Source: a virus. Taken from it: a stretch of 64,000 nucleotides of DNA. The translations under genes were made by a program, and so were the position numbers. The notes beneath the pieces are model-generated. The model saw only the letters and a program-made list of their open reading frames with translations. It did not search any database and was not told the DNA's origin. The stretch is from positions 1 through 64,000 of the IMG/VR virus record IMGVR_UViG_3300035696_000013. One strand, given 5' to 3'. Positions within the stretch are counted from its first letter, which is position 1. Every line of letters starts with the position of its first letter. Shown piece by piece: positions 1 to 9,888 of this stretch.

Positions 1-333
1 CTTCACCAACATGGTGCGATAATCTAAGTCGCTCTGCGTTGGTGAAGGGTATTGACTACTGATGAATAGAGAATCCGCCCAACGACGTTTGATATCTGCT
101 GGAGTCAGATACTGCGACTGTTTAGCCATAAGATCATAGGCGTAAGCGTATTCCAATTTTGCTATCTCTTGTGCAAAGGCACGCAAGAAAGCTCCCCATA
201 GTGATTGGTCATTCCGAACTAGATAAAAATTAGGAACACCATTCAGCAATGAATAGAAACGAGCATCCTCGTACAGCAGAAGATCTTCTCTTGACTTTTG
301 GTACAAAATGTCGGGGTTAACCTGTGTAGTCAT
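1..333 (-). CDS. Baseplate/tail protein I-like, N-terminal part (runs off window start)
   Basis: Hand-translated from ATG at 333: MTTQVNPDILYQKSREDLLLYEDARFYSLLNGVPNFY...SDLDYRTMLVK, open to the window edge. It follows the baseplate J-like gene, and the 'DLDYRTML' segment resembles gpI-type wedge proteins. Confidence 0.5.
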   Translation of the reverse strand, partial: MTTQVNPDILYQKSREDLLLYEDARFYSLLNGVPNFYLVRNDQSLWGAFLRAFAQEIAKLEYAYAYDLMAKQSQYLTPADIKRRWADSLFISSQYPSPTQSDLDYRTMLVK

Positions 334-335
334 AG

Positions 336-3300
336 TTAACTCCCAGTGGTGATATAGTTGATTGTAATGTGACCAGGAACTAAATACTCTGTGCTGCTCA
401 TTACTATATCTTTTGTTCCGCCCTCGTTAAACACTTGATATGTAACGAAATAGCTACGTTGTCCAGGATTGGGAACTTGTGGTTCAGTAATCATAACCTT
501 CAATGCATAAGTTGGAATTGGAACAGAGGGATTAATCTCATCGTTCAAACCGATTATGTAGAAGGAAGGTGTGGTACCTGAATTAATCAAGAAATCCTGC
601 ACCGAACTGGCACGACGATACGCCTGTCCTTGATACAGCATACCTACAAAACTATCGGGCAAACCACCCGAAGGAATTGTGTTGTCAGGTAGGACAGCAG
701 CAGATGTGATAAAAGCAAATTGTGGAATTTGTTGTCCAACAAAAGCCGAATCCGTTGCGAGAGGAATCCAAGTTGTTCCCTCTGTAATTACGATTCCAAT
801 GTCATACGCACCATCACTCTTAGCAAACTTAATTAGAGGTTGATCCACGTTGCTAACTCCGGTAACAGCCATGACATTTTGAATCACAGAAGCTTGCTTC
901 AATTTCTTTTCAGCATTGTTCATGGTGATGCTAATCACAGTACGGATGTTAGGATCTACAGTCTCAGGAGCAGCATTGCTGTCTAATTCAACCGTCATAG
1001 TGACATCCACTTGATTCTGTACCATGGCTTTAATTAGAACATCAGCATCAGCGTGTTTGGTAGCATCGATAGTATTTGTGAGCAATTGTACAAAGGATGG
1101 ATACTCTGTGGAAATTGTAAATGTTTCGGTCGTGAAATAACTGACCAGCACTACACCGCCGTCAGGAATTGTGCCTGTAAGAATTCTAGCAAGCGTAGCT
1201 GTTCCCGAAGTTGGATCTACTGTAAGAGTAAAATCAATTCCCTCACGCTTTACAAGATTTGTTATGCCATTGTTGTAAGTGACTTTAATGTAACGAGAAT
1301 TATGAGGAACTTGTGCTCCTACCAACCCGGTTGAAGCAGCCACATTAATGCTACCATCTGCATTGAATACAGCACCATCTAAAGTCAATGTTGTGTTGTT
1401 GTAACTTTCGGGCAGCCAAGTGTTCTGTACAAAACCTGTATTATCAAGGGTAGAGGGCAAAGTGCCTACTAAGGTTTGTTGCTCTTGAGAAATGAAAGTC
1501 AATTGTTCACTTAAAACGAATTTGTTAAAAGCAACTACTACCGTTGCACCGTTAGCGATATTGCTGTAACTTCCGGCTCCTGAATCTGCTGCTGGTCCAT
1601 AAGTTCCCACATATGTATAAGCAGCGGTGAATTGACCCGCAGCACCTGTGGCCACTGTAACTGTAACACCATTCAAGAAAGTTGCCGTTTGAACATTAGA
1701 GAAAGTGATTTGTACGCCCGGTGTTAAGTGTACATTATTTGCTACTTGAACTGTAAGGACATTACCTGCAATGCCAATGTTCAAAATATTCACTTGCGAT
1801 GTTAAAACATTCAGACCATAAGTGTGGTATGGACCCATAGGAACAATTGTGTAATCTAAACCAAAAGTATACAATTGCGACAAATCCAGAGAACGAACCG
1901 AAAGAATGTTTTGAGGAATGCCATTAGCATTAATAGGAACATCCATAGCTGAACTTATAAGAACCGGAACCGTTGTAGAAGCAACAACATTGACCGTTGT
2001 AGCTGTAGATAAAGTTGTATTCACCGCAACAGTATCTCCAGCATCTTGCGAGAGACCATCAAGATAGAAATCCGATGTATGGATTAAACGAGTATCAGCA
2101 GGAGGAATTAGCCCGGTTGCTCCATTGCCTGTTATCGAATTAACTGAAGTAATCGGTTGTAACGCAGGAATATGACTCAAAGGAGATTGCTCGCGAACGA
2201 ATAAATTGAATGTGTAAGTTCCCGCTTGAGCCGAGGCCAAAGCATTCAAAGCTATGCGATTAGTGGCAGGAGAATTGTTAATCAACAAATTAACTCGCAC
2301 CATACTAACTGCATCACCCACAATTTGATAGGCAAGTTCGTTTGGATCTAAAACAATGGTTCCATTGACATTATCAAACTGCGCGTTATTCACACCAAAA
2401 TAGAAACTATTGGCTGCACGAGTCACTTGGAATTGAACAGCAGTGTAAGGGTCGTAAGTTAGACTAGCGAAATTGTTGATTTGAAACTTCAACTGATTGA
2501 TATCGGTTAATTGTGCAGTAAGATAAGAGCTAACAAGACTGAAGACCCCTGAATTTGCATATTCAAAAGCAACTTTTTCATCCTGCTCCGACGTATCGGT
2601 ACCTTCAACATAAATGTCTACGCATCCAAACACATGCTTTTGACGAATCGGATCCCAATCACGCAACATCTCAAGATCACCCGCTGCCACTACCAATGAA
2701 TTCACAACTCCCGGTGTTTCCTGTGCTGCCTTCTTGTAGCCGTTGCGTGTGCCAGAATCTACTCCTGTTACTTGAGCATCTCTTATGCGAGCCGCAAAAC
2801 TGGAATTACTTTCATCATCAGTGCCGAAAGCCGCCGCTGTTAAGTTTACAACGTTCCATCCCGAAGGACCACCCGAAGCTATAGTACGAATTGCTCCGGC
2901 TCCTACGTTGCCTATGGATCCTGCTGTTAGACATTCGCAAGGAACATTAACTCCCCACCATCCATTGGTAGGATCGTAGAAACTAGAAGCTGTTTGCGGA
3001 GTTATAACAGCTGAACCACGAGTCTGGAAAGTAAGTGAAGGAGTCTGCGCATCGGGTACAGTTGTTAATTGAATGCCTTGAGCAAAAGTTGTTGAAGTTG
3101 TAGGATTGACGTAAGTATAGAAAGTGCAAGTTACGACTGAATTCTGAGCACTTCCACGAACGAGACCTGCTTCTTCTCCTAAAATGTCAAATTGTTTATC
3201 GATTAGGGTCTGTGTATCTTGCGCACTAAGACCAAAAGCACGAGCTATTTGTTGCTTGAAAGGAGAAGTATTAAACGGATCGCTAACACCGTCGCCATTG

Positions 3301-4475
3301 GCATCGTCTATTTGATTTATCGCTGAAATTGAAGCTGAGCAACGAGCGAACCATTCACGCACAGATAGATTAGAAAGTTCTAGAGAGAAAGGATCAATCG
3401 ATGTATCACGAGCTTCTGAACGCGGCGTCAAATCCAATTGAGGATAGAGAGCAGTTATACTACCAATCAAACGACCTGCAATACCTTCTTTACGTTGTGG
3501 TCCTGGAAAATCTGTTGGACTAACTAGATTTAAATTGACAAAACCGCAAGTTACAGGACCATTCTGTTGTGATTCAAACACGGTCTGAGTGTTAGGATCC
3601 TGAATTACCGTACTGATTAGAGCGAAGAATTCTTGACTACCATTGAGTGGAGCATAGGAGATTGGGATGTCTACTGAACTGTAATTCACTGTTTGTGTAG
3701 TTTGAGTAGTTGTTATAACTGTACTGTTTCCATTAACTTGTGTCGCTTGCTCTTGAGCAATAACTACATTCGCTGTACGAGTAATGTTATTGATTACACC
3801 GCCAAATTGTGTGTAAGGTGTTGTAACACCGGATGAATCCGTACTTAGCATTACACGAACGCCTATGAATCCAGTGTATGTTGGTAACTGCCACTCCAAT
3901 CGGCAGGATGATTGCCCTTTGTATGCTTTTACGGCAGAAGGAGGAGCAATGACTAGAGCATCGCTAGTCTGGTAATAAATCAGAGAGAACTTAACAATTG
4001 GCGTAACAGCCAAAGGTCCTAGATTGCGCCAGATTACACCAGCAGCAGTAGGATCATTTGTGTAACCACCTATTGTGAGATTCCAAGTGGGTTGTGTTAC
4101 ACCACTAGTTCCTGCCTGTGTAACAATTTGAACATTGCCATTTGGATCTACATAACGTGTACCGACCGCGTAGAAAGTAGCTCCTGTCCAAACAACAGTC
4201 GGATCATAGTTGCGGCCAATAATCTGAATGGTGGCTTCGGATTGCGTAGGATCAACTGCAATGCTACCGGAGAACTGATTTTGAGTTCCATTGGGAAGTG
4301 CAACTGGAGATTGATTCACAAATGTCGAATTGTAAATGTTGACTTCAATCTGACTGGTTGCTATACTCGCGAGGATTACATACGGTAATACCGTTGTGTC
4401 AATGGACAGAACTTGCCCAGTTACCACAGGCGTGGTAAGAATCAATGGAGTCAATGTTGCTTGTGGCGTAGGCAT
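336..4475 (-). CDS. Baseplate J-like wedge protein, extended with beta-rich modules
   Basis: 1379 aa with baseplate-J motifs (ECLTAGSIGNV...GTDDESNSSFAARI...GTRNGYKKAAQETPGV), inside the structural operon. Confidence 0.8.
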   Translation of the reverse strand: MPTPQATLTPLILTTPVVTGQVLSIDTTVLPYVILASIATSQIEVNIYNSTFVNQSPVALPNGTQNQFSGSIAVDPTQSEATIQIIGRNYDPTVVWTGATFYAVGTRYVDPNGNVQIVTQAGTSGVTQPTWNLTIGGYTNDPTAAGVIWRNLGPLAVTPIVKFSLIYYQTSDALVIAPPSAVKAYKGQSSCRLEWQLPTYTGFIGVRVMLSTDSSGVTTPYTQFGGVINNITRTANVVIAQEQATQVNGNSTVITTTQTTQTVNYSSVDIPISYAPLNGSQEFFALISTVIQDPNTQTVFESQQNGPVTCGFVNLNLVSPTDFPGPQRKEGIAGRLIGSITALYPQLDLTPRSEARDTSIDPFSLELSNLSVREWFARCSASISAINQIDDANGDGVSDPFNTSPFKQQIARAFGLSAQDTQTLIDKQFDILGEEAGLVRGSAQNSVVTCTFYTYVNPTTSTTFAQGIQLTTVPDAQTPSLTFQTRGSAVITPQTASSFYDPTNGWWGVNVPCECLTAGSIGNVGAGAIRTIASGGPSGWNVVNLTAAAFGTDDESNSSFAARIRDAQVTGVDSGTRNGYKKAAQETPGVVNSLVVAAGDLEMLRDWDPIRQKHVFGCVDIYVEGTDTSEQDEKVAFEYANSGVFSLVSSYLTAQLTDINQLKFQINNFASLTYDPYTAVQFQVTRAANSFYFGVNNAQFDNVNGTIVLDPNELAYQIVGDAVSMVRVNLLINNSPATNRIALNALASAQAGTYTFNLFVREQSPLSHIPALQPITSVNSITGNGATGLIPPADTRLIHTSDFYLDGLSQDAGDTVAVNTTLSTATTVNVVASTTVPVLISSAMDVPINANGIPQNILSVRSLDLSQLYTFGLDYTIVPMGPYHTYGLNVLTSQVNILNIGIAGNVLTVQVANNVHLTPGVQITFSNVQTATFLNGVTVTVATGAAGQFTAAYTYVGTYGPAADSGAGSYSNIANGATVVVAFNKFVLSEQLTFISQEQQTLVGTLPSTLDNTGFVQNTWLPESYNNTTLTLDGAVFNADGSINVAASTGLVGAQVPHNSRYIKVTYNNGITNLVKREGIDFTLTVDPTSGTATLARILTGTIPDGGVVLVSYFTTETFTISTEYPSFVQLLTNTIDATKHADADVLIKAMVQNQVDVTMTVELDSNAAPETVDPNIRTVISITMNNAEKKLKQASVIQNVMAVTGVSNVDQPLIKFAKSDGAYDIGIVITEGTTWIPLATDSAFVGQQIPQFAFITSAAVLPDNTIPSGGLPDSFVGMLYQGQAYRRASSVQDFLINSGTTPSFYIIGLNDEINPSVPIPTYALKVMITEPQVPNPGQRSYFVTYQVFNEGGTKDIVMSSTEYLVPGHITINYITTGS

Positions 4476-4479
4476 CTAC

Positions 4480-5277
4480 TTAACCATTCCCTCCCGGAGA
4501 GTAGTATTGTGCAGACTTGGTAGTAGTTAAGCTAAACCCAATTGTTTGAGTAGTAGTCGTTCCATAGGAAGAAACCTGAGCCGTAACGTTTACACGAGTT
4601 GGATCAATTGGATCCGTTACTGCTACCACATTGGTTACATCCTTTAAAGTTTCTAGAGGATCCAGGGTTTGAATAGTCCGCTGAGAATTTTGAATCGATT
4701 GAATTTGTAACAATGATGTTACAATCGCATTACCAATGTCTGCATCTGTTATTGTTACCCCGAACTTTTTACCAAGATAATTCTTAATGGGACAAGTAAA
4801 TTGTGGATAGAAGGGACAAGTAGAAGTGAGTATGAATTTCAAGCTCTTTTGTACTAATTTGTCACTCTGAACAACATGAAGAAAAGCTCCATTTGCAGCT
4901 ATCTTCAAATCATTCAATTGGCCCATTCCATTACACTTGAGACAAAAAGTAATTGGACAGAAGTAAGAAACTTCTATCAATGGATTCACAAGTCGAACTT
5001 GTTTGTTAAACAGAATCTTATAGAATACATAACTTGTTGATTCCAAACGTCCGCTATCTATGATAAAACTGTAGCCATACACAGGATCCGTAGGATTGAC
5101 CAATTTACCCGAAATATAAAGCTCTACCTGAGAGGTACCGTTAATGGGTGCTCGCATGTTGATTGCAGTATTTGCAGCAAGATGCAGAGTACGGAAATCT
5201 TTAGAATCGATGACGTATCGTTCTTTAGAAATCTGATGATCGCAAGGTGCTTGTTGAACATCGAGATCGTATGACAT
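4480..5277 (-). CDS. Baseplate wedge protein, gp25/gpW-like C-terminal domain
   Basis: 265 aa directly upstream of baseplate J. The C-terminus 'IVTSLLQIQSIQ...LKDVTNVVAVTDPIDPTRVNVTAQV' is typical of a gp25-like fold, and there is a CxxC motif. Confidence 0.55.
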   Translation of the reverse strand: MSYDLDVQQAPCDHQISKERYVIDSKDFRTLHLAANTAINMRAPINGTSQVELYISGKLVNPTDPVYGYSFIIDSGRLESTSYVFYKILFNKQVRLVNPLIEVSYFCPITFCLKCNGMGQLNDLKIAANGAFLHVVQSDKLVQKSLKFILTSTCPFYPQFTCPIKNYLGKKFGVTITDADIGNAIVTSLLQIQSIQNSQRTIQTLDPLETLKDVTNVVAVTDPIDPTRVNVTAQVSSYGTTTTQTIGFSLTTTKSAQYYSPGGNG

Positions 5278-5951
5278 TAGACTACTGCATCCTGTGCTTC
5301 TTTAATTTGAATCGGCGTCTGTGGACTGGAATGATTCATTCGCTCCAATTCCCACTGCGTCGGGAAATCAAACTGATGAACACGGAATCGTGGTCCAGCT
5401 GCGGCTCCTGAGCCGTATTGATCGGTCTGATCCTTCACTAAAACTGCTTGGTATTCGTTCTTGGCGAATAGACCATCGATATCGGACAACAACTGAGTGA
5501 CATTGTTAACTGCTGTAGAGCTAACCGCATCGTTTGCATACTGTGCCGCATCTTCATGCTTTTCAATGATGGTCCGAACAAGATTCATGTAAAAAACACC
5601 TTCATCATCTCGTTGGAATTGCGCTTGCATAGCTGTCTTCAATTTTGCCACTGTAACCATTGGAATGTGATCGTCACGATAAGCGTAATTGAAATGTCCA
5701 TAAGGACCCGGCTGCCAAGCTTCCTTTTGGAAAGTGGGAGTTAATTTCTGGTCATTCGTATTGGCATAGAATTGCTCTAATACACCAGCTGTTTTACGCA
5801 ATTGCTGCGCTCTAATTTGATGATGCAATTGTATAGCAGCAAATTTACTCTTCCGAGCATTTACCCATGCTTTCAGATTATCTCGTTGAGTTTCGGAGAA
5901 ATTGCCCAGAAAATTGAAAGGCGGTCCAGGTAGTGCATATTTATAGGCCAT
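5277..5951 (-). CDS. Hypothetical virion protein
   Basis: 224 aa ORF translationally coupled to its neighbours. Confidence 0.6.
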   Translation of the reverse strand: MAYKYALPGPPFNFLGNFSETQRDNLKAWVNARKSKFAAIQLHHQIRAQQLRKTAGVLEQFYANTNDQKLTPTFQKEAWQPGPYGHFNYAYRDDHIPMVTVAKLKTAMQAQFQRDDEGVFYMNLVRTIIEKHEDAAQYANDAVSSTAVNNVTQLLSDIDGLFAKNEYQAVLVKDQTDQYGSGAAAGPRFRVHQFDFPTQWELERMNHSSPQTPIQIKEAQDAVV

Positions 5952-7206
5952 AATTCCTCGCTGTCGCGTATAATGTTGGCCAAGCTAATAGAAGATCGCC
6001 AAATTGCCGAATTCTATCACGGAAAGAGGAAAGAGGAAGACCTAGTGGTGTAACAAAAGGAGCGCCATTTTTCAACTCAGTACGAACTTTCTCAATCTCT
6101 TGTATGATAAAGTCAGGAAGACCCAGAGACCAGATCTCTAATTTCAAAGCAACTCGCTGCCGCCAACGAGCAACTAGATTCGCTGTATATTCTGAGAAAT
6201 TAGAAGCCGAACTAATGCTCTTTAAAGTCAATCCAAATTCTTCAAGAGAACTGGGATTATCTTCGTAAAGTATCTTGATAATGAATTCTCCAAAGTTGGG
6301 AATCGGAAACGTCTTTTGTTCTTCCTCAAGATTGGCTTCCCGTTCGGCTGTGTGTAGCATAGCATAATTGCAATAAGCTGACCGTTCTAGAAAACAATTC
6401 CGCAACATCAATCCAAAAAGAATATCCTCTCCTCGTTGGACAGGAAGGAAAGGGGGAGTCAATTTTTCTGCATTAATTCCCATGCTCATACCTGAGCCAC
6501 AAATCCAATTTACTATCGTAGGATTAGAAGTGTATCTAAGAATTTTACGATGTTGAAGAGCAGTTCTCATTGCTTCAAGAGACTTTATTCTGTTTAAGAA
6601 TTCTAGGTCTCCCAGAAAATGATAAGAATTACTCACACCTGAATCTCCTACCGAACCACCTACAGTTAGAACTACACCTTCTTGCATGAGTCTTTGATGG
6701 CAAGATATGAAATCTTCATCGATTAATTCGCATTCTTTTTCTAGAATCTGTGTAGTTGGGAACTCTATGGAAGGTCCAAGAATATGATCGATTTCATCAT
6801 TCTTATCGGGTATAGGAGCAAATTTGCATTTCATGTCGTCGTCTAGCATGATAAATCGTTTTCCAGCTAAAAGAAGAAGGAAGAAATTTCTAACCGCACC
6901 CATAGCAACAGGATCATCAGGGAGTAAAGCAAAATTTGCGACATCAAGAGAACAACCAGATTCTAGAACTAAATCTCGAACAAACGAAGCTCTAAATTTT
7001 CGATCAAAATGGGAAAATGGCAATTTAGATTCTTCCAATACAGATCGGTTCTGAGGTACTATAGAGTCGTCTGAATCATCAGCAACTATTAGATAGACTT
7101 CTTTTCCAAATTTGTTAGTGTTAGCTCGAAGACTTTCTACGCATTGTCGAAGATTAGCCGTTCTATTCTTTGTCAGAATAGTCAGGATTGGGAGGGAAGT
7201 TTCCAT
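5941..7206 (-). CDS. GT-A fold (family 2-like) glycosyltransferase
   Basis: N-terminal 'ILTILTKNRTANLRQCVESL', 'IVADDS', 'GAVRNF', DxD motif 'FIMLDDDM' and 'RGEDILFG'. Confidence 0.7.
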   Translation of the reverse strand: METSLPILTILTKNRTANLRQCVESLRANTNKFGKEVYLIVADDSDDSIVPQNRSVLEESKLPFSHFDRKFRASFVRDLVLESGCSLDVANFALLPDDPVAMGAVRNFFLLLLAGKRFIMLDDDMKCKFAPIPDKNDEIDHILGPSIEFPTTQILEKECELIDEDFISCHQRLMQEGVVLTVGGSVGDSGVSNSYHFLGDLEFLNRIKSLEAMRTALQHRKILRYTSNPTIVNWICGSGMSMGINAEKLTPPFLPVQRGEDILFGLMLRNCFLERSAYCNYAMLHTAEREANLEEEQKTFPIPNFGEFIIKILYEDNPSSLEEFGLTLKSISSASNFSEYTANLVARWRQRVALKLEIWSLGLPDFIIQEIEKVRTELKNGAPFVTPLGLPLSSFRDRIRQFGDLLLAWPTLYATARNYGL

Positions 7207-7207
7207 T

Positions 7208-9874
7208 TTATTTCACAATTGCGCCTGAGTTGTGAGTGTAGATGTATTTTCCTGGCTCTACACCTGCAGCAAAGTTACGTCCTCCACAATTCAGATGCGC
7301 AACCCGGCGCACGCCTAAACATTGAACTTCTACCAGCGGAGACCATTCAGGTTCATTACCCAAATCAGTTATAACATGCATTCCCGGTTCAAGGATATAA
7401 GCCAAGGCTGGAATTCGAGTTGGATCTTCGTTCCGTAGCCACATAGCAAGATTCTCTTGAGTGGGCACAGGGGTGCTTCCCGATACAACAACTTGTGCCC
7501 CGTTTTCTGCTCTAAGATGGTAACAAATCTCATCACTGTATTCCACCTTAACAATCTCCGTCAATTCTGTAGAAGGAAGAGCCGTAAGATATTGATTTAC
7601 TTCTCCTTCTAGAACTTGAACCAACATGTCAGGAATAGCATTAGCTACTTGATGATATTCACTGATATACATCTCCACAGCTGGGCATCCGCCACCACCA
7701 CCTGAAGTCGTATAAGTGTAAACAGTGCTGCCCCAATACACAGGCGACATAGAAAGACTATTCTGATCCACGCAAGAGAATCCGAGATTGTAGCTAGGCG
7801 GAAGGCTAGATTCAACAACGCTTATTTGATATGTCTTAAAGAAAACTGTTTGACCATTCACGATTCCTGTAGAAGAGCTAGTCGGCACACTTGAAGTTCC
7901 CAGTGTACTTTGACTAGATGAATTAGCTACACGCAACAAGAAGGATACTGTGTTGCTGACGTTTGTAGGATTGTAAACTGTAGCACTTATATTAATATTC
8001 ACAGTACCCGAAGTACCGCTAACCGAAGGACTAAAGCTGTAAAAAACCGGAGGTGCTAAAGCTTGACCTTGCAAAGTGATAGTCGCGATAGTTAGGTTGT
8101 TTACATAGACCACATTTCCTACTGTAAATGTTGTTCCATTCAAATAAGTCAAGTTACCCTGAATAGTAGCATTCAAAGAAGCACTAACGTTGACCGAAGA
8201 AACAGGAACTGAAGCTGTGACATTCCAGCCCGTTAACCATCCTTGAGCATCAAGAATTGGACTTGGAGTTCCAACTGTAGTTACTCCACCACTCCAAGAA
8301 GTTGTAATAGCAATTGTATTGCCTGTATTGAAAGCTCCTTGCTGTTGTGGAGAAATTGGTTTTGTGAGATTGATTGTGAAAATATGCTGCTGTCCATCTG
8401 CTGGAACAGTTGTCGGAGTAACAGAAGCAACAAACGGATTAGGATTGACCATATAGTCAATTTCAATGGTGGACTGGATACCTCCTCCGCTTACCGAAGC
8501 AGCAAACACATCATACGCTTTGTTAGTCGAATCAAACCAGGCAATATCGTTGTTTGTAATTGTCAGTTGTGTGGTATCGGAGTGAGAAATGAAACCCCCA
8601 CCATTATAGCTCAGATCAAAATTCGTACCATCATAAGTGATGGATAACAGTCCTTGCCAAGAAGTGTTGTTTCCCGTAAGAGCAAATGTAGCTCCCGCTG
8701 CTGTAGGTTTGTCTACAGGATTTCCATTGTAAAGAGGGAAGTTAAATACGTTACTCGAAGGACTGTTGTAGACAAAAATCTTACCTATGGTTCCTTCGAG
8801 AAGTGGAATGTAAGACTTGGTTGCATAATGAATGCCGTTAACATTGACATTCAACGTAACTGTATCTCCTACAATGTGGAAATTGCCATTTGCTAGTGAA
8901 AGTTGCAAATTACCCGAAGGAGTCGTCGCCGATGGAGCTGCTTGAGCAGCGACAGGAAGAATTACTCCACCCAATGCAGGGCCAAATTGCCCAGTTGGAA
9001 TCTGAGCAGATCCTGGTGTGTAAGTCATCTGATGAAAAGTAGTAGCATCAGGGTTATTGATCCACCAAATCATGAAAGGATAGATACCAACAGTTGGGAA
9101 GTTGATATAGATGTAATCAGTAGAACCAATGTTGCTTAAACCCCCTGTATTACGAGTACCAATCAATGGCCACGCTGGAAGTGTACCAATAACCAAATTT
9201 GCACTCGCCGGAGCATCTAGATTGCCGCCGTTGATTACCATGGTTCCTTGTGAACGCGCAGGGGTTTGACCATCAATGACATTCGGACCCATGTAAAGTG
9301 CCCATGAATCGTCCACCAACCAATAGAAAGTATGAACACCCGGAGTAGAAACTACGATGCTACCCTGGAATGTACAAATGAATGAATTCTGAAAAGGTAA
9401 CGGAGAGTCTGATGCCCAAGTTCCTGTGGCTGTGACTAAGTTAACATGCGGAGGAACAACTTCGTATTCTCCCGAATGGCCATCGGGAGATACTAATCCC
9501 GAGATTGGTGTATTGTTAAATGGCTGATTCACGATTACTGTATTAAAAGGACCAATTAAACTTGAAATAGGAGCACCAATACCATCCCAGTTTGAATGGC
9601 CACCAGGATTGGTGTAGCCTTGAATCATCAAGTTATTGAGTAAAGAAACAGCACCATTCGTTGCTTGCCACGCCAGGTTAGCTGCATTCGAAGTATAGGG
9701 ACTTCCAGCAATAGTTGCGGTAGCTTGAGCCGTATCCAATCCACCATGTGCACCTGTAAACGAAACGGTACCCGATCCCGAACCAGCAACCGGATCCACA
9801 TTAATCTGGATCTGTTTGGATTGAGGATTTGCGCTTCCTGCGCCGATCGTTATGGTAATGGTCTCAACTGGCAT
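7208..9874 (-). CDS. Virion protein with PA14-like domain and C-terminal Hint (intein-like) domain
   Basis: PA14-like 'FQGSIVVSTPGVHTFYWLVDDSWALY'. The C-terminus has a Gly linker then Cys (GGGGG-C) and ends in THN-SGAIVK. Confidence 0.65.
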   Translation of the reverse strand: MPVETITITIGAGSANPQSKQIQINVDPVAGSGSGTVSFTGAHGGLDTAQATATIAGSPYTSNAANLAWQATNGAVSLLNNLMIQGYTNPGGHSNWDGIGAPISSLIGPFNTVIVNQPFNNTPISGLVSPDGHSGEYEVVPPHVNLVTATGTWASDSPLPFQNSFICTFQGSIVVSTPGVHTFYWLVDDSWALYMGPNVIDGQTPARSQGTMVINGGNLDAPASANLVIGTLPAWPLIGTRNTGGLSNIGSTDYIYINFPTVGIYPFMIWWINNPDATTFHQMTYTPGSAQIPTGQFGPALGGVILPVAAQAAPSATTPSGNLQLSLANGNFHIVGDTVTLNVNVNGIHYATKSYIPLLEGTIGKIFVYNSPSSNVFNFPLYNGNPVDKPTAAGATFALTGNNTSWQGLLSITYDGTNFDLSYNGGGFISHSDTTQLTITNNDIAWFDSTNKAYDVFAASVSGGGIQSTIEIDYMVNPNPFVASVTPTTVPADGQQHIFTINLTKPISPQQQGAFNTGNTIAITTSWSGGVTTVGTPSPILDAQGWLTGWNVTASVPVSSVNVSASLNATIQGNLTYLNGTTFTVGNVVYVNNLTIATITLQGQALAPPVFYSFSPSVSGTSGTVNINISATVYNPTNVSNTVSFLLRVANSSSQSTLGTSSVPTSSSTGIVNGQTVFFKTYQISVVESSLPPSYNLGFSCVDQNSLSMSPVYWGSTVYTYTTSGGGGGCPAVEMYISEYHQVANAIPDMLVQVLEGEVNQYLTALPSTELTEIVKVEYSDEICYHLRAENGAQVVVSGSTPVPTQENLAMWLRNEDPTRIPALAYILEPGMHVITDLGNEPEWSPLVEVQCLGVRRVAHLNCGGRNFAAGVEPGKYIYTHNSGAIVK

Positions 9875-9888
9875 CTGTTATCCTTAAG

